Below are positions 7,621 through 17,158 of a stretch of DNA of 64,000 bases, in pieces. The translations under genes and the position numbers were made by a program. The DNA comes from an uncultured Arcobacteraceae bacterium (GTDB taxonomy: Bacteria; Campylobacterota; Campylobacteria; Campylobacterales; Arcobacteraceae), in assembly GCA_964022095.1 (NCBI GenBank), contig CAXHZO010000004.1, positions 1-64,000 of the forward strand, read 5' to 3'. Under the pieces are notes generated by a model. That model had not been told where the DNA came from. It saw only the letters and a program-made list of their open reading frames with translations, and did not search any database. The stretch's first letter is position 1; every line of letters begins with the position of its first letter.

Positions 7621-9180
7621 AATATCTTGAATTAAAAATTGAGGAGTTACTTCTCCTCTAAATTCATTTTTACTTACAGTTACAACTAAATCTAAACTAT
7701 TTGGTAAGTTTGTATTATCATCATTGAATTTTAAAGCTTCAAAAACTACCCCATCACTATTTAGAGTTAGTTTTAAATGGTTTTTTTCTTTACCTATTAA
7801 ATCATATTTTACTAAAGTTGTATTAGATAGCTTAAATATAGGTCTATGATTCTCTAAACCATATGGTTCAAACTGCTCAATAATAGATAAGAATTCTAAA
7901 TCAACACTTGATACATCAAGTTCACCTAATGTAATTGGTTCAATATGTAAATCTTCTTTTGCATTTTGAAGTTCTTCATTTATAATTGTTTTAAAATCTT
8001 CTAGATTTTCTTCTTTCATAGATAATCCAGCAGCATTTTTATGTCCACCATATCCTAATAAAAGATGTGATGCTTTAGTGATGATATCATATAGATTTAT
8101 ATTTGCATTCGCTCTTGCACTTCCTTTTGCAATTCCATTATTTATTGAAAATATAAAAGCAGGTTTTTTATGTGCATTTGAAAGTTTTGAAGCAACAATC
8201 CCTATTACACCCTCATGCCAAGAATCACCCCAAACGATAACTGCATTATCTTCACTATTAGTTTTTTGGTCTGCTTTTTTTGATATTTCTTCTTGTAGAG
8301 ACTTTCTAAAGTTGTTTAACTCTTCAAGTAAATCTAAACCTTCATTCGCTTGTGCTGAGGTTTTTGAAAGTAAAAACTCTAAAGCAATTGAAGCATCATC
8401 CATTCTTCCTGCACTATTTATTTTTGGAGCAATAAAAAAACCAATGTCATCGGAAACAAATACTTGTTTTGGCATGATTTCATTTATTTTTCTAAATGCT
8501 GCTCTATTTGATATTTTTAGTTTTTTTAAGCCTTGCTTTACCATTGTATAATTAAGTGCTGTCATAGGCATAATATCTGCAATAATAGCTACACAAAGTA
8601 AGTCTAAAAATTCACCCATAGCTACATCTAAATTTAGCTCTTTTTTAATAGCAGCGCATAAATACCATGCAACTTGTGCACCACAAATATCTTTGAACTC
8701 AAAGTTACAATCAGCTTGTTTAGGATTTACTATTGCATGTGCAATTGGAAGTTTATCACCTACTGTATGGTGATCTGTGATAATTAAATCAATGCCTTTT
8801 TCTTGAAGTTTTACGCTTGCTGGATATGCAGAGATTCCATTATCAACGGTAATTACTAATCCACTATCAATCATCTCAACAATTTTAGGACTTAGTCCAT
8901 ATCCATGAGTAAATCTATTTGGTATGATGTGATTTACCCTTACATTGATTTTCTCAAAAAAATCTAACATAATAGTAGTTGAAACAATTCCATCTACGTC
9001 ATAATCTCCAACAATAGTTATTGTTTCATTTTCTAAGATGGCTTTTTTAATTCTTGTAGTAGCTTTTTTAATATCTTTAAAATTATTTGGAGAGGGGATA
9101 TCTGCAAGGCGAGAATAAGGATTATTCGTATGCCTTGCACTAAGAAGCTCAAAGAGCCTATTTTTAGTTATCTTTGACAT
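7615..9180 (-). CDS. recJ: ssDNA-specific exonuclease RecJ
   Basis: GDYDVDG, ITVDNG, ITDHH, PKINSAGR, GSAR and GGHKNAAG (DHH family). Confidence 0.97.
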   Translation of the reverse strand: MSKITKNRLFELLSARHTNNPYSRLADIPSPNNFKDIKKATTRIKKAILENETITIVGDYDVDGIVSTTIMLDFFEKINVRVNHIIPNRFTHGYGLSPKIVEMIDSGLVITVDNGISAYPASVKLQEKGIDLIITDHHTVGDKLPIAHAIVNPKQADCNFEFKDICGAQVAWYLCAAIKKELNLDVAMGEFLDLLCVAIIADIMPMTALNYTMVKQGLKKLKISNRAAFRKINEIMPKQVFVSDDIGFFIAPKINSAGRMDDASIALEFLLSKTSAQANEGLDLLEELNNFRKSLQEEISKKADQKTNSEDNAVIVWGDSWHEGVIGIVASKLSNAHKKPAFIFSINNGIAKGSARANANINLYDIITKASHLLLGYGGHKNAAGLSMKEENLEDFKTIINEELQNAKEDLHIEPITLGELDVSSVDLEFLSIIEQFEPYGLENHRPIFKLSNTTLVKYDLIGKEKNHLKLTLNSDGVVFEALKFNDDNTNLPNSLDLVVTVSKNEFRGEVTPQFLIQDIL

Positions 9181-10796
9181 TAGTCTTTTTGATTTGCTTG
9201 TTTTACAAACTCTAAGATAATTGGATTTGGTGTTTCAAGATGAGATGTAAATTCTGGGTGGAATTGAACACCTACAAACCATGGATGATCTTTGATTTCA
9301 ACTGCTTCAATTAAGCCTTTTGATTGACCAGAAATAATCATTCCTGCTTCTTCTAATCTTTCTCTATAAGCTGGATTTGCTTCATATCTATGTCTATGTC
9401 TTTCATTATATACTTCTTCATTTCCATATGCTTTTTGTAAATTAGAACCTTTTAATGGCTCAAATGGATACTCTCCAAGTCTCATTGTTCCACCCATTGG
9501 TGATTTATGAGTTCTTAATTGTTTTTCTCCACTTTGGTCAATAAATTCATCAATTAAGTAAATTACTGGGTTTTGTGTATTTTCATCAAACTCTACTGAG
9601 TTTGCATCTTCAATACCAAGTACATTTCTACAGTATTCAACAATTGATAGTTGCATACCAAGACAGATACCTAAGTAAGGGATTTTATTCTCTCTTGCAT
9701 ATTTAATAGCTTCAAGTTTACCTTCAACACCTCTGTGTCCAAATCCACCCGCAACTAAAACTGCATCAGAGTTTCCAATTACTTCATATGCTCCAACATC
9801 TTCGATTCTTTCACTATCACACCAGTTGATGTTGATCTTTGTATTAAGATGAGCTCCTGCATGAATTAATGCTTCAATAAGTGACTTATATGACTCTTTT
9901 AATCCTAAGTATTTACCTACAAATGCAATTGTAACTTCATTTTGAGGTACTAAAATATTTTTAACTAAAGTATCCCATTTCTCCATATTTGGTTTGATTT
10001 TTATATTGAAGTGTTCTGATAATGGGTTTAAAATTCCTTCTTTGATAAAGTGTAAAGGAACTTGATAAATTGATTGTGCATCACCAGCTTCAATTACTGC
10101 TTTTCTATCAATATCACAAGATAATGCTAATTTATCTTTTAAGTTTTTTGGTAACTCTTGTTCTGTTCTACAAACTAACATATGTGGTGTAATACCAATT
10201 CTTCTTAACTCTTGTACTGAGTGTTGAGTTGGTTTTGTTTTAAGCTCACCTGCTGCTTTAATGTATGGAATTAAACTTACATGAATATTCATAGTATTTC
10301 TTTTATCTAACTCATGTCTAATAGCTCTAATAGCCTCCATAAATGGTAAACCTTCGATATCACCAACTGTTCCACCAAGTTCAATAATTAAAAAATCATT
10401 CTCATCTGCTGCTGCATAAATTCTTTTTTTAATTTCATCAACTACATGGGGAATCACTTGAATAGTTTTACCTAAGTATCCACCTTCTCTTTCTCTTTTG
10501 ATAACACTTTGATAAACTTGTCCTGTTGTAAATGAATTTTTACTGCTTAGTTCTTTATCAATAAATCTTTCATAGTTACCTAAATCAAGGTCTGTCTCTG
10601 CACCATCAGCTGTAACAAAAACTTCTCCATGCTCTAGTGGACTCATTGTTCCTGGGTCTACATTTAAGTAAGGGTCGATTTTTAACATGCTTACGTTAAA
10701 ACCTGATTGTTTTAAAATTGTTGCAATAGATGCTGATGTAATACCTTTTCCAAGTGAGCTTAAAACTCCACCCGTTACGAAAATGAATTTTGTCAT
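9180..10796 (-). CDS. pyrG: CTP synthase
   Basis: [34 protein letters not shown] and QFHPE. Confidence 0.99.
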   Translation of the reverse strand: MTKFIFVTGGVLSSLGKGITSASIATILKQSGFNVSMLKIDPYLNVDPGTMSPLEHGEVFVTADGAETDLDLGNYERFIDKELSSKNSFTTGQVYQSVIKREREGGYLGKTIQVIPHVVDEIKKRIYAAADENDFLIIELGGTVGDIEGLPFMEAIRAIRHELDKRNTMNIHVSLIPYIKAAGELKTKPTQHSVQELRRIGITPHMLVCRTEQELPKNLKDKLALSCDIDRKAVIEAGDAQSIYQVPLHFIKEGILNPLSEHFNIKIKPNMEKWDTLVKNILVPQNEVTIAFVGKYLGLKESYKSLIEALIHAGAHLNTKININWCDSERIEDVGAYEVIGNSDAVLVAGGFGHRGVEGKLEAIKYARENKIPYLGICLGMQLSIVEYCRNVLGIEDANSVEFDENTQNPVIYLIDEFIDQSGEKQLRTHKSPMGGTMRLGEYPFEPLKGSNLQKAYGNEEVYNERHRHRYEANPAYRERLEEAGMIISGQSKGLIEAVEIKDHPWFVGVQFHPEFTSHLETPNPIILEFVKQANQKD

Positions 10797-10898
10797 TAGT
10801 GATTCTCCAAAAATAATAGTTGTGTAAATTGTAAATATATTTCGCGATTTTATCTAAGTTTTGTTGATAAGTAAGTTAATTTAGTGAGGGGATTTTAT

Positions 10899-10924
10899 CT
10901 AAGTAGGAAAAATGTCCTACTTAG
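10899..10924 (-). terminator. Hairpin downstream of ccoG
   Basis: CTAAGTAGGA-N6-TCCTACTTAG, 5 bp past the ccoG stop. Confidence 0.55.
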
Positions 10925-10929
10925 TAATT

Positions 10930-12312
10930 TTATTTTAATTTATCTGTTCTTGGATAAATAAATACTGCTTTTCTTGTTACATTTACTTTTTCAGGATCTT
11001 CTTTTGCATAAGCTCTTAATGTAACTGATATAGGAGTATCTTTTGAACTATCAGTAACTAATACTTTGCTAGTTTCTAATATCATAACTTTTTTGGCCAT
11101 TTTCCCTGGATTTAGAGTAAATGGCTTAAATCTTTTAATTTTGATATCTGGATTGTCAACTACTTCTAATTCATATGTTAATGGTTTTGACTCAGTATTT
11201 TGGAATAATAATAAGAAGTTATTTGATACAACATTATCTTCTTTTACTTTATATAATTGAGTTGTTTTATTAACATTTAATAACATGTACTCTTTTTCTC
11301 CACCCATAACAAATAATAACCCAACAACAACTAATAGTGCAACTGAATACATGATAGTAGATTTTCTTAACATTTTTGTTGGTTTATTATGTACTATCTC
11401 ATTTGTACTTGACCATTGCACAAGTGATGGTTTCCCAAGTTTCCCCATAACTGTAGTACATGCATCTACACACTCTAAACAGTTAATACACTCAAGTTGT
11501 AAACCTTTTCTAATATCAATATGTGTTGGACAAACTGTTACACAGGCTTCACACGTTGTACATTCGTTTGAAGTATCTGGTAAATCTTTTGCTTTGAAAA
11601 TCATTTTTTCTTTGTTTTCATTGTATATTTGACCACCTCTATTATTTGAATAAATAGCTTGAAGTGTATCATCATCATATAAAACAGATTGAACTCTTGA
11701 GTAAGGACAGATATATACACAGAAGTTCTCTTGTAAGAAAACTACATCATATACTAAAAATGCAGCAACAATTAGAACAAACCCAATTAAAAATGTATGC
11801 TCTGTAGGGTCTTGTAAATATGCGAAGAAATCTTCAGGTGGAACAAAATACCACATGAAATTTGATGCAGCAAGTAGTGACAATAAAGCCCAAATAGCTA
11901 TACCTGTTACTTTTTTAGACTTATTAGAAGCCTTTGACCAATCAGGGTCTTTTTGTTTGTTTTTAATTCTTCTAAGACCTAAAAGTTTTCCTTCAATGAA
12001 GTCTCTGTAAACAACTCTAAAAATAGTTTGAGGACAAGACCATCCACACCAAGCTCTTCCACCAAGAGAAGTTGCAGCAAAGATTCCTAAAAATAGAAGC
12101 ATTAGTAAAAACGGCATCATATATAGTTCTTGCATATCAAATGCAGTACCAAATAGGTGCAATTGTTTTTTATCAAATGACAATAAAAAGATATGATTTT
12201 CATTAATCTTAATGAAAGGAGTGATAATTACCATTAATGTTATTAATGCGTAAACATAGTATCTCTTTATTCTAAAAGGAGTTTTGCTTAAGTATTCATT
12301 TTTTTCGCTCAT
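10930..12312 (-). CDS. ccoG: Cytochrome c oxidase accessory protein CcoG/FixG
   Basis: GRAWCGWSCPQT, FCVYICPY, CTTCEACVTVCP and CINCLECVDAC; multiple TMs. Confidence 0.95.
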   Translation of the reverse strand: MSEKNEYLSKTPFRIKRYYVYALITLMVIITPFIKINENHIFLLSFDKKQLHLFGTAFDMQELYMMPFLLMLLFLGIFAATSLGGRAWCGWSCPQTIFRVVYRDFIEGKLLGLRRIKNKQKDPDWSKASNKSKKVTGIAIWALLSLLAASNFMWYFVPPEDFFAYLQDPTEHTFLIGFVLIVAAFLVYDVVFLQENFCVYICPYSRVQSVLYDDDTLQAIYSNNRGGQIYNENKEKMIFKAKDLPDTSNECTTCEACVTVCPTHIDIRKGLQLECINCLECVDACTTVMGKLGKPSLVQWSSTNEIVHNKPTKMLRKSTIMYSVALLVVVGLLFVMGGEKEYMLLNVNKTTQLYKVKEDNVVSNNFLLLFQNTESKPLTYELEVVDNPDIKIKRFKPFTLNPGKMAKKVMILETSKVLVTDSSKDTPISVTLRAYAKEDPEKVNVTRKAVFIYPRTDKLK

Positions 12313-12412
12313 TATAAGCCCTTTAATATATGTTATAATAGAATTTTATATTAAAGTACCTTATAATTAGCATAAGTAAATATAACTATTTCTTATAATA
12401 AAACAATAAATA

Positions 12413-13249
12413 TTAGTTATTAGTTAATTTATTAAATTGTTCAATTTTTGTTTTTATTTCATTTACTATTTTTTTAGTATCTGCTATTTGGAAGTTTCTT
12501 ATTTCAGGGTAGTCATTAATAATTGTATTAAACTGCTTAATTACCTCATTTAAATCAGCTTTTGAAATAGTAGGGATATTTAAACATTTGATAAGTTCAT
12601 CATCATATTTTTTATCTTCTCTTATTAAAAGTACTGGACTATTTCCACATGAAATTGATTCTAATGCTGATTGAATTGAACCTGTTAAAAGATATTTACT
12701 ATTTTGTATTGTTTCAACATATTCTTCTTCATCAATCACATTTTCAAAATGTTGAGTAAATATTTTTTCATTTCCTAAAAAGAAATAGTGACCCATTAGT
12801 AGGTTTAAATCATATTTATCAGAGTTTTGAGTCATGCCTAAAAATATATTATTGTAATCATCATCTCCAAAAAAGATAGTCTTTTCTAAGTTTTGATTTG
12901 ATTGTTTATAATAAAGCTCTTCATCAACAATAATTTTGTCTAAGTCAGTATTTAAATCAACTGCGATACTACAAAAGTCATTCATATCGTTTTTCATATC
13001 TTCATTTGCTTCTGGAGTATCAAATAGTAAAATATCTCTTCTTTGCATCATATTGGTTAGGTTTCTAACTACATCTACATTTACATATTTTTTTACACCT
13101 AGTAAATCTTTTGCAAATGCCCCAGCTCTAAAATCACTTGTGCATAAAATTGGATCAAAATCTTTTAGTATATTTGAAATTGCAGCACATCTTTTTGCTG
13201 CTTCTAATCCAACTGTATGTCCACTTTTTGCATATAAGTATACATTCAT
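12413..13249 (-). CDS. Hypothetical protein, possibly a degenerate PseG/SpsG-like GT-B fold
   Basis: N-terminus YAKSGHTVGLEAAKRCAAI resembles the PseG G-x-GHxxR motif without the His. IFFGDDD and TGSIQSALESISCG also fit. Weak call. Confidence 0.45.
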   Translation of the reverse strand: MNVYLYAKSGHTVGLEAAKRCAAISNILKDFDPILCTSDFRAGAFAKDLLGVKKYVNVDVVRNLTNMMQRRDILLFDTPEANEDMKNDMNDFCSIAVDLNTDLDKIIVDEELYYKQSNQNLEKTIFFGDDDYNNIFLGMTQNSDKYDLNLLMGHYFFLGNEKIFTQHFENVIDEEEYVETIQNSKYLLTGSIQSALESISCGNSPVLLIREDKKYDDELIKCLNIPTISKADLNEVIKQFNTIINDYPEIRNFQIADTKKIVNEIKTKIEQFNKLTNN

Positions 13250-13434
13250 AGTCTAACCTTTAAAAAATATTAATAATTTATATTAATTAAATTTTATAAA
13301 AAATTTATAAATAAAGCCCTTAAAATGTTTAAATATGTATCAATTAAAAAAATATCTATAATTTTCTTCTCATTAAAATATTATGCTTTTATATTTATAA
13401 TACAATTAATTATAAATATAAATAAGGAAGAGTT

Positions 13435-14451
13435 ATGAATCGAATATTAAAAAATATTATGCTGATAATGTTTTTGTCATTTTTTAGTAGTATTTTATTT
13501 GCTAAAGAAGGAAAAATTGTAGGTGGAGAAATGCATGAGGTTCCAAATTGGTTTAAAGAGAGTTTCTTAGATATTAGTGAAGATGTTGAAGAAGCAAAAG
13601 AAAATAATAAACATATCATGTTATTTATGGATTTAGATGGATGTCCATACTGTACAAAGATGTTAGATGAAAACTTTATTGCAAAAAATAAAACAAGTGA
13701 GTTTATCAAAAAATATTTTGATGTTATTGATATAAATGTAAAAGGTAGTAGAGAAATTGTTTGGGATGAAGATACAGAGTTAACAGAGAAACAATTAGCT
13801 GAGAAGTTAAAAGTACAATATAGTCCGACAATTTTATTTTTTAACTATGATAAAGAAGTAGTAGTAAGAGTAAATGGATATAGAAGCCCTGTTAATTTTA
13901 AATATATTTTAGAGTATGTTCAAGGTAAACATTATGAAAACATGAGTTTAAGTGAATATGCAAATAAAATTACAAAAGAGAATCTTTATACTTTTAAAGA
14001 TAATAAAATGTTCAAAGACATAACTGATTTATCAAAAATTGACTCGCCTCTTGCACTTATATTTGAAGATGGTAGTTGTACTCAGTGTGACTATTTTCAC
14101 AATAGAGTTTTAAAAGATAAAGATGTAATAAGTGAAATCAGTAAGTTTACTGTTGTAAGACTTGATGCAAAATCTACAAAAGAGATAATTGATGTAAATG
14201 GAAATAAAACAACTCCTAAGAAAATGGTTGAAACTCTAAACTTAGATTACAGACCAGGAGTCTTACTATATGATAATAAAAAACTAATCTCAACTGTAGA
14301 TGCTCTTTTGTATCCATTCCATTTTAAAGAGATACTAAGATATGTAAGTGGAAAATTTTATGTACAATATCCAGTGACTTACTTGGATTATTTAAGAGTT
14401 AGACAAGATGAACTTTTAAAACAAGGTATTAATATAGATTTAGGAGAATAG
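13435..14451 (+). CDS. Exported tandem thioredoxin-fold protein (SoxW-like)
   Basis: Signal peptide; CPYC and CTQC motifs; YSPTILFF..RVNGY. Confidence 0.8.
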   Translation: MNRILKNIMLIMFLSFFSSILFAKEGKIVGGEMHEVPNWFKESFLDISEDVEEAKENNKHIMLFMDLDGCPYCTKMLDENFIAKNKTSEFIKKYFDVIDINVKGSREIVWDEDTELTEKQLAEKLKVQYSPTILFFNYDKEVVVRVNGYRSPVNFKYILEYVQGKHYENMSLSEYANKITKENLYTFKDNKMFKDITDLSKIDSPLALIFEDGSCTQCDYFHNRVLKDKDVISEISKFTVVRLDAKSTKEIIDVNGNKTTPKKMVETLNLDYRPGVLLYDNKKLISTVDALLYPFHFKEILRYVSGKFYVQYPVTYLDYLRVRQDELLKQGINIDLGE

Positions 14452-14465
14452 TATAGTATATAAGT

Positions 14466-14506
14466 CTTAATGAATTTCATTATTGATAAAATGAAAATTC
14501 ATTAAG
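14466..14506. repeat. Long imperfect inverted repeat between the SoxW-like and DUF59 genes
   Basis: CTTAATGAATTTCATT ... AATGAAAATTCATTAAG (one bulge). Confidence 0.55.
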
Positions 14507-14522
14507 TACTATAGGATATACC

Positions 14523-14861
14523 ATGCAATTTAATAAAGAAGAAATAGAACAAAAAGTAATAGAAAAACTAAAAACTATAAAAGACTCAGAATTACCAATA
14601 AATATCTACGATTTAGGATTAATTTATAAAATAGATTTAATCAAAACTGACAAGAATATACAAGCAAATTTAGAAATGACAGTAATAAACTCAAGATGTG
14701 CAAGTACAAAGTCATTTACAGATTTGATAAAAGAAAGAGTAACAAGTGTTGATGAAGTAGATTCTTGCCAAGTGAAATTTGTATTTTCTCCTAAATGGGA
14801 TGTAAAAATGATTAGTGAGGAAGGTTTAGAAATGTTAAGAGAGGCAAATGCCTCTCAATAA
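14523..14861 (+). CDS. DUF59/SufT/PaaD-family metal-sulfur cluster assembly protein
   Basis: LKTIKDSELPINIYDLGLIY, MTVINSRC and VFSPKWDVKMISEEG. Confidence 0.85.
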   Translation: MQFNKEEIEQKVIEKLKTIKDSELPINIYDLGLIYKIDLIKTDKNIQANLEMTVINSRCASTKSFTDLIKERVTSVDEVDSCQVKFVFSPKWDVKMISEEGLEMLREANASQ

Positions 14862-14869
14862 TGGTTATT
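14837..14869 (+). repeat. Direct repeat copy A (33 bp, contains hairpin GAGAGGCA-AA-TGCCTCTC)
   Basis: AAGAGAGGCAAATGCCTCTCAATAATGGTTATT; 29/33 identical to 17126-17158. Confidence 0.85.
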
Positions 14870-14918
14870 CTCACTTAAATTGAGCAATTTGTGAGTCATT
14901 TGTTTGTTATAATAATTT

Positions 14919-15704
14919 ATGAGTTGTAATAATATTATTAAATCAAGACTATCAATGGTTTTATCAAAAGATAAACAAAGAGCTAAAAAGTTAGAGAGTG
15001 TATTAGATATCATAGCTAGAAAAGATTATGAAGAGTTAGAGAAAAATATTTTAAGCTTGCAACAACAAGTAAATATGGCTAGCTATAAAGTACAAGAATC
15101 TCAAAAAAGAAAAAATGAACTAAAAAAAGAGAAATCATCTTTTACAAATCAATTTAAAGATACAAAATACCAAGAACTACAAACTATACAAAAAGAAGCA
15201 AGAAACTTAGAATCCCAAATTAATGCAATAAAATTCCAAAATCAAAAACAATCTATTGTATCTCCTACAGATGGATATGTAGCAAAACTAATGATAAATA
15301 CAATAGGTGGAGTAGTAACACCAGCAGAAAAACTAATCTCAATAGTTCCAAAAGATTCACCTCTTATAGTAAAAGTAAATGTACTAAATCAAGATATAGG
15401 ATTTGTAAAAAAAGATATGAATTCTAAAATCAAAATAGATACCTTTTCTTTTCAAAAGTATGGATTTTTCGAAGGAAAAATAATCAATGTAGGAAATTTC
15501 TCAATTGATGATGAAAAACTAGGACCAGTTTATGAAGTAAAGATAGAACCAAATGGAAAAACATTAACTGTAGAAGGACAAGAGAGATACCTAGAAGCAG
15601 GAATGAGTGTAACAGCTGAAATTAAAGTAGGTAAGAGAAGAGTTATTGAGTTTTTCATTTATCCAATTATTAGATATTTGGATGAAGGATTGAGTGTAAG
15701 ATGA
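14919..15704 (+). pseudogene. 5'-truncated HlyD-family T1SS membrane fusion protein
   Basis: Intact C-terminal motifs (IVSPTDGYV, GGVVTPAEKL, DIGFV, FQKYG, GMSVTAEIKVGKRRVIEFF). Only 261 aa, with no N-terminal TM, no clear RBS and no ABC transporter nearby. Confidence 0.8.
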
Positions 15705-15743
15705 TAGGGTTTGATATAAAAATAGATTTAGAGAGGTTTTAAA

Positions 15744-16220
15744 ATGGCAGAAATAGAAGAGGAAGATAACTTTTGTATAAAGTATCCAAATGATTCATTA
15801 TTTTTAATCATAAAGATTATATTTATTTTATCTTTAATACTTGTATTTGGGTATTTAACATATAACGCTCAGCAAGAAAATAGGATTTGGCATTATGTTG
15901 CAATACTTATAATAGTTCTATTCTTATTATTAGAATTGTATCAAACAATACTTAGATTAATAAAATATGATGAAATTTGTATAGTTGATAATTACTTTAT
16001 AGTGAAAAAGAAAAATAAAATTATAAGTAAAACTAAACTTGAAGATATTGATGTTGTTCAAAGTAGACCTTGGTTTGAATTTTTTGGAATATCTTCAATA
16101 TTAGTTAGATATGAGGGGAAATGGTTATTTCAGTATAAAACAAATGAACTATTAAAAGAAGATAATGAAAAATTAATAAATAAATTAAAAGAAGGAGTAA
16201 AATTATGGGAGCACAAATAG
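15744..16220 (+). CDS. Hypothetical two-TM membrane protein (possible orphan immunity of a T1SS toxin locus)
   Basis: 158 aa, two hydrophobic helices, GAGG RBS, directly after hlyD. Confidence 0.6.
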   Translation: MAEIEEEDNFCIKYPNDSLFLIIKIIFILSLILVFGYLTYNAQQENRIWHYVAILIIVLFLLLELYQTILRLIKYDEICIVDNYFIVKKKNKIISKTKLEDIDVVQSRPWFEFFGISSILVRYEGKWLFQYKTNELLKEDNEKLINKLKEGVKLWEHK

Positions 16221-16228
16221 TTATATAG
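16205..16228 (+). pseudogene. Seven-codon stump (MGAQIVI*) of a downstream gene truncated at the transposon-like end
   Basis: Strong RBS AAGGAG (16192-16197), ATG at 16205, and a stop TAG whose G is the first base of GGGGTCAGG. Confidence 0.45.
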
Positions 16229-17150
16229 GGGTCAGGTGATAACGATAAGATAATTTATTTCTATTTAAAAGTTTAGTAAAAAATATTGCAAAATGTAAAT
16301 TTTTTTAGAATAAATAAATATTTTTGTTATTATCTTTTATCTTTAATAAGGATAAAATATGCCAAGAAGACCAAGAATTGAAATATCAGGTTTCTATCAT
16401 GTAGTTAATAGAGGTGTAGAAAGAAGAGTAGTATTCTACGACAGATACGATTTTGAATATTTTATAATTCTACTTTCAGATGGATGCGAAAAGTTTAATA
16501 TAACTTTACATAATTATTGTTTGATGAATAATCACTATCATTTATTGATTGAACTAAAAGATGAGAACCTTTCAAAGTTTATGAGATACCTTAACTCAAC
16601 ATATGCAATTTATTTTAATAAAAAATATAAAAGAGTTGGTCACTTGTGGCAAGGAAGATTTAAATCTTGGTATGTAGTAAATGAAACGTATTTATATACA
16701 TTGATTAGATATATTGAACAAAATCCATTAAAAGCAAAACTAGTGGAAAAGATTGAACACTATCCTTTTAGTTCAAGTTATTATTTTTTTAAGGAAGAAA
16801 TACCAAATTATTTAAAAGATTCATGGATAGTAAATACTTTTGGGAAAAACGTAAAAAAGATAAATGAGTTTTTTAGTTTGGAAATAGAAAATACAAATTT
16901 AAAAGAATTAACAAAAGCTTCAACTTTAGTTGATGCCCCAAATATAGATAAAAAATTAGATGAAGAAAAACTTATTAAACTTTTTAATGGTATAGCTGAT
17001 AAACAAACAAGAAATAAGTGTATATTAGAAGCATATAATCAAGGTTATTCACAATATATGATTGCTAAAAATATTGGGATATCACAACCAGCAGTAAATG
17101 GAATTATAAAAAGACTGGAAAAAGAAAGAGAGGCAAATACCTCTCAGTGA
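16228..17150 (+). mobile_element. RAYT/IS200-like Y1 element with one candidate terminal motif GGGGTCAGGTGATAA and no matching right end
   Basis: G-rich motif at 16228-16242 upstream of the transposase in an otherwise AT-rich region. The reverse complement is not seen downstream. Confidence 0.55.
16359..17150 (+). CDS. REP-associated tyrosine transposase (Y1 HUH) with C-terminal HTH
   Basis: MPRRPR..YHVVNRG, YCLMNNHYHLL (HUH), GHLWQGRFKS, RYIEQNP (catalytic Tyr), YPFSS, and HTH YSQYMIAKNIGISQPAV. Confidence 0.92.
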   Translation: MPRRPRIEISGFYHVVNRGVERRVVFYDRYDFEYFIILLSDGCEKFNITLHNYCLMNNHYHLLIELKDENLSKFMRYLNSTYAIYFNKKYKRVGHLWQGRFKSWYVVNETYLYTLIRYIEQNPLKAKLVEKIEHYPFSSSYYFFKEEIPNYLKDSWIVNTFGKNVKKINEFFSLEIENTNLKELTKASTLVDAPNIDKKLDEEKLIKLFNGIADKQTRNKCILEAYNQGYSQYMIAKNIGISQPAVNGIIKRLEKEREANTSQ

Positions 17151-17158
17151 TGGATATT
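17119..17158 (-). terminator. mnmG intrinsic terminator, which is also direct repeat copy B (17126-17158)
   Basis: Minus strand reads GAGAGGTA-TT-TGCCTCTC followed by TTTCTTTTT, just after the mnmG stop. Confidence 0.8.

Noticed and set aside
13255-13434. AT-only palindromes in the intergenic region
   Set aside because: Low information content; expected by chance in near-pure AT sequence.
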